Part shown: positions 57,516 through 64,000 of the stretch, in pieces
Position numbering within the stretch: the first letter of the stretch is position 1
Layout of the letters: each line of letters begins with the position of its first letter
DNA from: Escherichia coli
Lineage (GTDB): Bacteria > Pseudomonadota > Gammaproteobacteria > Enterobacterales > Enterobacteriaceae
Length of the DNA: 64,000 bases
Assembly: GCF_002854065.1 (NCBI RefSeq)
Contig: NZ_CP024154.1
Reading direction: 5' to 3' (one strand)
Notes under the pieces: model-generated
Databases searched by the model: none
The model's input: only the letters and a program-made list of their open reading frames with translations
Told to the model about the DNA's origin: nothing
Translations under genes and position numbers: made by a program

Positions 57516-58877
57516 CTAGCTGGCTTTAACAATGTAGTTGAATGCAATGTTTTTGGGACGCATTTCTGTGGTACTCCCCTGTGCCCAGTATGGCATACCA
57601 CTATGATGCCCTTTCAGCCATCCGCCACGTTCGTGATAGACGCCTGATTGATCGGCCTGATAACTCAGGAGCTGTCTGTTCCGATCACCATCAAGTCCCT
57701 TCCCGTTATCCCAGCCACGGATAAAAACACCGCGCAGATCGGGTAACTTACAGCTAGGATAAGCACGGGCAAGCTGAGGATACCGGGAACAGGAAAACGA
57801 CTGGCCGTTCATCAACAGATAGCCTTGTGGAGGAGTGGCAGATGGCCACGGGATAGGGCTTCCCACAGGGTAGGATTCAAAGCCAACCCACACACCGGAT
57901 TGGCACGAAAGTATTGCCCCTTTGCTGTCGCGGCCTACAAGTCCATCTGGTGAACACTTTGTATTTGCTACGGCTGTTTTATCCAGCTGTAAATACTCAC
58001 CTGTGGAAAGGCGACCGTCAGACCGGACTGTCCCCCCACTGACTTTTCCTCCTTTGATTTCCCCTGTGGTTATAATTCCTTTACCACCGACTGCGCGTAT
58101 CCACTGGCTGTCTGTCATCGTAAAACCGCCACCATAGGTGATGTTCTTCCAGCCTTTATCATTTTTGGTGATTAACCAGCCGTTTTCGCTTGTAACATCA
58201 CCTTTCAGTGTTGCACTTTGTCCATTGACGTTTCCTGCATTGTTCAGGTTGTTCCCTCCCATATTGATGGCCGTGTTCATCTGGTTCAGCTCCGGTCGTC
58301 CCGGTACCTGAAAGCGATACAGGCGATCGCTTTCCTGCAGGTCATCACCCATCATTACGATGGCGATGTGCCCGCCATTGCAGCTGAGTCCATAGTCGCC
58401 GGGTTTATCTGTCCATCCACCAAAAACACCGGTTGCTGTGCCATTTTTTCCTATAAATCCGCCCAGACCGGGGAGCAGGCTGGCGATACTGCGCAGGGCA
58501 TCGTCTTTGATATTCTCCCCTCCGGTGGAGCAGGTCAGGGCCTCCAGACGACCGGTACTCGTGTTACGACGGATGCCGGTGGTATAACTCTGCCCAAAGG
58601 GCGAGCGGTTAAGACCCTTCAGATATCCTTTCCGGATTAACTCATCCGCCGTGAAGGTGGCAGGAAGCGTTCCGCTATGCAGGCGGGCATTGTTATCGGC
58701 GATGTAGGTCCTGGCTGCAGTATTGTAGGCATCTGCATGAAATGCGGCGCTCTGGTTGCGCATTTCATTCAGGTAGTCTTCAATGTAAGACCAGAACAGC
58801 GGCATGAGCAGGCTGATGACAACCAGTCCTCCCAGAATTTCAAGAAGTGCAAAACCTTTATCGTTGTCTTTTTGCAT
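57516..58877 (-). CDS. pilV: PilV thin-pilus minor pilin/adhesin
   Basis: Prepilin-like N-terminus (KGFALLEILGGLVVISLL); SD GGAGGGA before ATG 58877; shufflon-type site within the 3' part. Confidence 0.8.
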   Translation of the reverse strand: MQKDNDKGFALLEILGGLVVISLLMPLFWSYIEDYLNEMRNQSAAFHADAYNTAARTYIADNNARLHSGTLPATFTADELIRKGYLKGLNRSPFGQSYTTGIRRNTSTGRLEALTCSTGGENIKDDALRSIASLLPGLGGFIGKNGTATGVFGGWTDKPGDYGLSCNGGHIAIVMMGDDLQESDRLYRFQVPGRPELNQMNTAINMGGNNLNNAGNVNGQSATLKGDVTSENGWLITKNDKGWKNITYGGGFTMTDSQWIRAVGGKGIITTGEIKGGKVSGGTVRSDGRLSTGEYLQLDKTAVANTKCSPDGLVGRDSKGAILSCQSGVWVGFESYPVGSPIPWPSATPPQGYLLMNGQSFSCSRYPQLARAYPSCKLPDLRGVFIRGWDNGKGLDGDRNRQLLSYQADQSGVYHERGGWLKGHHSGMPYWAQGSTTEMRPKNIAFNYIVKAS

Positions 58878-58894
58878 AGTCGTTCCCTCCGGTA

Positions 58895-59521
58895 TTACCA
58901 AAGGCCACCGGGATAAAAAGTAAATGCGTACTGTGACGCGCAGAGAAACGGCCCAAAGGGAAGTTCTCTGGTAATGCGTCGTTGTCCGTTACACCACAGA
59001 TAAAGTAAGGCTCCGCCTGCTGCCGTTGCGACAATCCAGGGGATGTCTCCCGGCGGGGACCAGATGGCAATACCGGCAATCAGAAAAACATCGCCCAGGC
59101 CTATGGTTTCTGTTTTCCTGCGGTAAGAGGTGTATTGCCTGAACAGAAGCAACAGCAGGAACCAGAACCCTGCACTGCACAGGCCTGTCAGCCAGTCTCC
59201 CTGCCAGAGACGAAATGCGCTGCCGCTTATCAGATACATGATGGTGAAGGGCCGGGGAAGACGGCAGGATGCAGCATCCGTCAGGGTCATCAGTGTCATA
59301 CATCCGGTCATTATCGTCATAAACAGCACCCCGACAGCGCTGTCATTCTGATAAAGACGCAGGATAATGGCGGCAGCTGCAAGCATCCCGCTCATCAGCG
59401 CCAGCCCATGGTGAGGGGGGCGGGCATTCATCCGGGAGAGTCGATAGCGACTCATCTGAACGGCCAGACACTGTATTACCACGGTTATGGCGACCAGCAG
59501 TGCCGGGATTATCTGGAGCAT
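58895..59521 (-). CDS. pilU: PilU prepilin peptidase (A24 family)
   Basis: 208-aa polytopic membrane protein between pilT and pilV. Confidence 0.75.
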   Translation of the reverse strand: MLQIIPALLVAITVVIQCLAVQMSRYRLSRMNARPPHHGLALMSGMLAAAAIILRLYQNDSAVGVLFMTIMTGCMTLMTLTDAASCRLPRPFTIMYLISGSAFRLWQGDWLTGLCSAGFWFLLLLLFRQYTSYRRKTETIGLGDVFLIAGIAIWSPPGDIPWIVATAAGGALLYLWCNGQRRITRELPFGPFLCASQYAFTFYPGGLW

Positions 59522-59536
59522 GGCAGTTCTCCCGGA

Positions 59537-60022
59537 CTAACGTCCCTGCATGTAAGCGCTGTAAATCTGCCGGGCGTATTTCATCCGGCGGTGAGTGTTA
59601 CTTTTACTGAAGCCGGCGTTATAACTGCCGAGGCATTCCCAGTTTACGCCGCATCGCTGAAAATGCCGGGCGAGGATCCATGCTCCGGTCTGAATATTCA
59701 GGCAGACATTATTCAACAGATCTTTCTCACTCCGGATAATGCCCATTTTTTTCAGCCCGGGAATATGTGTGGAGTTAATCTGCATTATCCCGTAATCGGT
59801 ACTGATAATTTTTCCTCTGTCATTCCTGTTATGATTAATGGCCCGGGGATTCAGACTGCTTTCCCTGCGGGCAATAATTTTGAGTAATCCTGGATCAATG
59901 GAATAACGTTTTCCGGCGGTAATAAAACAACGATCATATTGTTTGTCCTGTGGGGATGCCTGTGCGGAAGGAAGTGAGCATAACAGTGAAAAAATCACTG
60001 TCAGGATAAATAACCTGTTCAT
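59537..60022 (-). CDS. pilT: PilT lytic transglycosylase
   Basis: Signal peptide and SLT-like motif (GIMQINSTH). Confidence 0.8.
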   Translation of the reverse strand: MNRLFILTVIFSLLCSLPSAQASPQDKQYDRCFITAGKRYSIDPGLLKIIARRESSLNPRAINHNRNDRGKIISTDYGIMQINSTHIPGLKKMGIIRSEKDLLNNVCLNIQTGAWILARHFQRCGVNWECLGSYNAGFSKSNTHRRMKYARQIYSAYMQGR

Positions 60023-60066
60023 ACAGTGACCTTAAATAAAGCGCCCGGGCGGGCGCTGATGAATGA

Positions 60067-60603
60067 TTAACTGTTGGTTTCCAGTTTGATAGTAGTTTTA
60101 TCTGCGTTACATACTGTAGACGGGTCAACTTTATTCGTCACATTGCCGTTGATTTTTGTAAACATGGATGAACTGCGCAGGCTGGTGACCAGATCAATAC
60201 AGTTTTTCTTCGGCACATTGCTGGATTCAATAACGTAGGAGTATTTATCTGAACTGACTTTGATGGTTACCGCACCACCCCAGGCATTTTTCGCCTTATT
60301 ACCACCGGCGATCATATCGGCAGGCAGGCCACCACTTTCGGTCAGGATTTTGACGTAGTCAGTACCTGTATACTGCCCCTGGAATTTCTGGGCTTTCATT
60401 TTGGTGGCGATTGTCTGCAGGTTTTTGAGTTCCTTCTGGTTGTCTGAAGAGGACAGGGTATCGGACATCAGTCCCATCACGGCACCAATAACAATGGCAG
60501 CGACGACCAGAACACCGAGAACTTCCAGCAGGGTCATGCCTTTATCATCGTTCTGAAGGTGACGAATATTATGTTCTGAATACGAAGAGGTTATGACGCT
60601 CAT
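60067..60603 (-). CDS. pilS: PilS type IV (thin pilus) major prepilin
   Basis: Leader followed by G/MTLLEV and hydrophobic helix. Confidence 0.85.
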   Translation of the reverse strand: MSVITSSYSEHNIRHLQNDDKGMTLLEVLGVLVVAAIVIGAVMGLMSDTLSSSDNQKELKNLQTIATKMKAQKFQGQYTGTDYVKILTESGGLPADMIAGGNKAKNAWGGAVTIKVSSDKYSYVIESSNVPKKNCIDLVTSLRSSSMFTKINGNVTNKVDPSTVCNADKTTIKLETNS

Positions 60604-60664
60604 ATTAGCTCCTGAGATTGGTAAAACAGAATTTGGATCGAGGGGAATATAAAGGATGCTGTGT

Positions 60665-61759
60665 TTACTGCTTCAGCATGTCACTGATGCCGTAAATGGC
60701 ACTGACCATATTGATGATGAAGAGAAATACCAGCAGACCTGATATAGCAGTAATAATAATGCCGCTTTTTCTGACATTCTTTTTTGCTTCTTCCAGCCAG
60801 CGGTCTGCATAAAGCGCCATACTGGCAACACTGTCCTCCCTTTCTGAATTTAAAAGAAGATTATTCACACAGGATTTTGACGGAAAGTCATAACCACAGT
60901 TTTTCATGGCCAGTGCCAGTGACTGACCGGATAAGACATTTTTTCTGATAGCACTTATTCGTGATTTTAACCATCGGTTATGTTCTGCATGTTTTTCTAT
61001 TCTGGTAAGGGCATGAGATAAAGGAATATTTATCTGCAGCATGGATGAAATATTAAAAAGGTAATTCACGCCATGGAAAGTCTGATACAGGGACCATGGC
61101 GGGATGCGATCAAGATACCGTCGTCGGGGACCGGTATACAGACTGAATGACATCCTGATGAGAATTGCCAGCAGCAGCAGTCCTGCCAGCAGCCACAAAC
61201 CATAACCGATAACCAGTCCGGAGGATTTGGCCAGAATGACCATCTGTACTGACCAGCGTTCTTCCGGTGCAAAGGCGCTGATCATCGGAATAACCCGGGT
61301 ATGAACGTTATACATATTCACCACACAGAGTGTCAGCAGGATGAGCGGATAGAGGCAGACACTCACCAGACTGCTAATCATCTCCTGTCGTCCTTTTGCC
61401 GTTTTGACGACCTGAAACATGGCTTCAGCGATATCACCTCGTTCTTCACCGTTACGGATCAGGGCAATTTCATCTTTGGGTACCCAGTCCTTCAGGGCCG
61501 GAGAGAGCTGACCACTGCTGCGTATGCTGGCGATACAGTCTGTCGCCAGAAAATACAGGCCGGACTGCCCTTTCTTTTTACCAAAATCCGTTTCCACATC
61601 GCAGATGAACTCCAGTGCCCGCATAACCGGTGTGCCGTCCCGGATCATGCCTGCAAGGGACTCGTAAAACGTAGTCCGCCTGAACGTCTTTTTGCCCAGC
61701 CAGCGGTTAAGGCCGGACAGTTCCAGTTCCGTATTGTTGAGTCTTTCCAGAATTTTCAT
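60665..61759 (-). CDS. pilR: PilR inner-membrane platform protein (GspF/PilC-like)
   Basis: 364 aa polytopic protein downstream of the pilQ ATPase. Confidence 0.8.
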   Translation of the reverse strand: MKILERLNNTELELSGLNRWLGKKTFRRTTFYESLAGMIRDGTPVMRALEFICDVETDFGKKKGQSGLYFLATDCIASIRSSGQLSPALKDWVPKDEIALIRNGEERGDIAEAMFQVVKTAKGRQEMISSLVSVCLYPLILLTLCVVNMYNVHTRVIPMISAFAPEERWSVQMVILAKSSGLVIGYGLWLLAGLLLLAILIRMSFSLYTGPRRRYLDRIPPWSLYQTFHGVNYLFNISSMLQINIPLSHALTRIEKHAEHNRWLKSRISAIRKNVLSGQSLALAMKNCGYDFPSKSCVNNLLLNSEREDSVASMALYADRWLEEAKKNVRKSGIIITAISGLLVFLFIINMVSAIYGISDMLKQ

Positions 61760-61760
61760 A

Positions 61761-63269
61761 TCAGTGCAGCAGCGTATAGCTGTCCTCGTCTACAGGGGAT
61801 ATGTAATGCGCAGCCAGCGGATCGACCTGACCACTGTTGATTTTGCCCAGCAGGTGCTGATTTCGTGTCATACCGCCGAGCTCCCGGTGCCAGTAGGTTT
61901 TTGCCTCAATCCGGCCTTTTTCCCGGTAAATCTGGAAAAACTTCGCATCCGGGGAAATCACTTCTGCAATGACGGTCCGGCCGTTCACTCCACGCCAGCA
62001 GTGTGGGCAGCCGTTATGGTTACGAAGATACACGGCATCGGGCTGGCAGAAGTTTTCCACCAGGCGTCGTTCTTCATCCGTCCGGGAGCTCTCCACCTCA
62101 TGCCAGGGGAGGCGGCAGTGGGGACATATCACCTGAACCAGACGCTGGCTGAGCAGGCCGATAAATAACTGCGGATCTGCAATCATCCTTGCCTGAACGC
62201 CCTCCATTTCCAGACGCTCAAGAATATTTATCGGGTCGTTAGCATGAAGGGTGGTCAGCATCAGGTGACCGGTCATGGCGGCTTTTATCGCCGTGATGGC
62301 GGAGGCATGGTCACGTATCTCCCCGTTCAGGATAGCGTCAGGATCAAGGCGCAGGGCGGACTTAACAGAATCGACCCAGCCCTGAGCGGTATCCATAACG
62401 GCCGTCTGAATTGCACCGGGGATACGCCCCTCTGGTGGTGATTCTATTGTGAACAGACGTCGCCGGGGGAGCAGGATCCCTCCGGTATCGTTGAAGCCAT
62501 ACTGTTCCAGATAGGCGGCAGAAGCCGTCCTCAGCGTGGTGGATTTTCCGGAACCGGTGGGGCCAGAGAGGATCACGATGCCCTCCGGTCGCTGCAGCAT
62601 CCTTCGGACAGCGCGCTCCTGCTCAGGGTGATACCCCAGCATACTGAATGTCGGTATATGCTGACTGTCATCCTTGATCAGACGCAGTACGGCATAGAGT
62701 CCGCCCACACACGGATAGTGGGAGTAGCGCGCACCAAACAGTCCGGCCAGTTTCAGGAATCTTTCAGCCAGACGGGCATCCTGGGGGACACCGGGATCAA
62801 ACTGTGTTCCCTTTATGACGTCAGTCATTCCGGAATAGGTGGCCCCCAGTAATTCCAGCCCCTCATCTTTTCTGACGATATCGAGCAGCTCCAGCTCTCC
62901 GTGGACACGGGCCTCCAGATACGTGAAATCCGTACTGTCACGCCCCGGCGTGATGTGAAGATCTGAGGCGCTGAGGGTGGCCGCATGGCTGATATACCCG
63001 AGCATTTTTTGCTGTACGGGGTTAATTCCGTTTTCCACCCCGGAAATGACCGTCTCCTGCCTGAGTCGGGCGATCACATCAAGTGTGGTGAACTCAAACG
63101 GGGATACTTTACCCGGATAGCGGGAGCACAGGCGGGTCAGATAATCCTGGACGGCACGAAGGTGTTTTTTTCCTTCCACCACTCTGACATGAATTTGTCC
63201 TGTTTTATCTGTATCAACAACCACGTATTCCAGAATGTCATCAGGTGGCTGGTCTGCAGGTGCCAGCAT
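61761..63269 (-). CDS. pilQ: PilQ pilus assembly ATPase (GspE/PilB family)
   Basis: Walker A SGPTGSGKSTTL; tetracysteine motif (CPHC...CPHC). Confidence 0.85.
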   Translation of the reverse strand: MLAPADQPPDDILEYVVVDTDKTGQIHVRVVEGKKHLRAVQDYLTRLCSRYPGKVSPFEFTTLDVIARLRQETVISGVENGINPVQQKMLGYISHAATLSASDLHITPGRDSTDFTYLEARVHGELELLDIVRKDEGLELLGATYSGMTDVIKGTQFDPGVPQDARLAERFLKLAGLFGARYSHYPCVGGLYAVLRLIKDDSQHIPTFSMLGYHPEQERAVRRMLQRPEGIVILSGPTGSGKSTTLRTASAAYLEQYGFNDTGGILLPRRRLFTIESPPEGRIPGAIQTAVMDTAQGWVDSVKSALRLDPDAILNGEIRDHASAITAIKAAMTGHLMLTTLHANDPINILERLEMEGVQARMIADPQLFIGLLSQRLVQVICPHCRLPWHEVESSRTDEERRLVENFCQPDAVYLRNHNGCPHCWRGVNGRTVIAEVISPDAKFFQIYREKGRIEAKTYWHRELGGMTRNQHLLGKINSGQVDPLAAHYISPVDEDSYTLLH

Positions 63270-63371
63270 AAAATCTCCTTACGGGCAGCGGTACCCGGAA
63301 ACGATTTTTTTGTGATTAAGGGCCGGGGGAATAATCTGTTCCGACAGCCGGCTGTAAATGGCGGCACTGAG

Positions 63372-63830
63372 TCAGGGTTGTAGTGTTGTTCTGATACCAT
63401 TTTGTTCAAGGACAACACTGTCAGTGGTGATCTTTTCCACGCGGAATGTGGTGCCGGGAATGTGTTGCCCTTCTTTTACATCAGCAGTTTGTCCGCCCGG
63501 CAGTTGTATCCTGGCGGTTATCTGGGGGTGAACTCCGGATATCTCTGTCAGCCGGGGAATACCGGTAATGGGGGCAGGGGTATCTGTCGTGACGGCTGAA
63601 CTGCTTTCCTGTGAATGCACAGGCTCAGCTGGTTCTCCCTGCTCCAGGGTTCTGAGTTCATGTCGCACCTTTTCTCTTGCCAGCATGGCTTCATACAGTG
63701 CAGTTTCTTCCTGAATCTGTTCCACCTGGAGTTGCCGGTTATTCTGTTGCATGTTGCTGATGGTGCTGGCCGCGACCGTTGTCGGCAGGATCAGGACGGA
63801 AAGCAGAAGAGCTTTTGTTTTACTGGACAT
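63372..63830 (-). CDS. pilP: PilP-like pilus biogenesis protein
   Basis: 152 aa with signal peptide; position upstream of pilQ. Confidence 0.6.
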   Translation of the reverse strand: MSSKTKALLLSVLILPTTVAASTISNMQQNNRQLQVEQIQEETALYEAMLAREKVRHELRTLEQGEPAEPVHSQESSSAVTTDTPAPITGIPRLTEISGVHPQITARIQLPGGQTADVKEGQHIPGTTFRVEKITTDSVVLEQNGIRTTLQP

Positions 63831-63999
63831 AATATTTACCTGTGAATTGATAACGGAAACGACCCTCTTCCAGTTGCCTTGTTACGGAGATAAAACGGAC
63901 GGAGGGTTCACTGAAATGCTCTGCCACCTGGTGCGCCGGAAGTGTCGTCAGTATCTGCAGGTCATACTCCTTCCAGGGGGGCTGGATGGTATTTCCGTC
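63820..63999 (-). CDS. 3' end of upstream pil gene (pilO-like), partial at window edge
   Basis: Open frame to the window end; stop overlaps the pilP start (ATGTCCAGTAA). Confidence 0.45.
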   Translation of the reverse strand, partial: DGNTIQPPWKEYDLQILTTLPAHQVAEHFSEPSVRFISVTRQLEEGRFRYQFTGKYYVQ

Positions 64000-64000
64000 T

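Noticed and set aside
1-64000. Insertion sequences, integron, antibiotic-resistance genes, tRNA/rRNA
   Set aside because: No transposase-like ORF with DDE or serine/tyrosine recombinase motifs, no terminal inverted repeats with target duplications, no attI/attC-like sites and no RNA gene signatures were recognised by eye; a computational scan is needed to be definitive

Overview
This window reads as a near-complete backbone segment of an IncI1-type (I-complex) conjugative plasmid. All identifications are from reading the translations, motifs, repeats and gene order; no database search or computation was run, so family names are motif- and synteny-based. Region 1 (about 1-15900, plus strand) is the leading region: an orphan DNA methyltransferase, klcA/ardB-like and ardA anti-restriction genes, ssb, a ParB-like nuclease-domain gene, psiB-psiA (anti-SOS), an Rpn-family nuclease and many unknown ORFs. 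These are interleaved with two families of long, hairpin-rich repeats (2 and 3 copies) that sit directly upstream of klcA, ardA, ssb and two unknown ORFs; I interpret them as Frpo/ssi-like single-strand promoters. Region 2 (16440-19611) is oriT with nikA-nikB (relaxosome). Region 3 (20905-25635, minus strand) is trbC-trbB-trbA. Region 4 (25636-32610) is an AT-rich, largely uncharacterised segment with a pndCA (hok-like) toxin locus, a secreted thermonuclease, small peptide ORFs and a 528-aa HTH plus PD-(D/E)XK-like protein. Region 5 (32698-57043, minus strand) is the Dot/Icm-like tra block including the sogL primase and the TraJ and TraU ATPases. Region 6 (57516-64000, minus strand) is the thin-pilus pil operon, pilO (partial) to pilV. 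No rRNA, tRNA, CRISPR array, IS/transposase or resistance gene was recognised. The most promising candidates for an undescribed system are the unknown genes placed directly behind the repeat copies in the leading region (especially 15057-15905 and 12143-12577) and the Rpn locus with a free-standing tail paralog (12944-14640). Secondary candidates are the 528-aa HTH-nuclease protein, an AT-rich orphan gene antisense inside the tra operon, and a pilV shufflon site with no rci recombinase.
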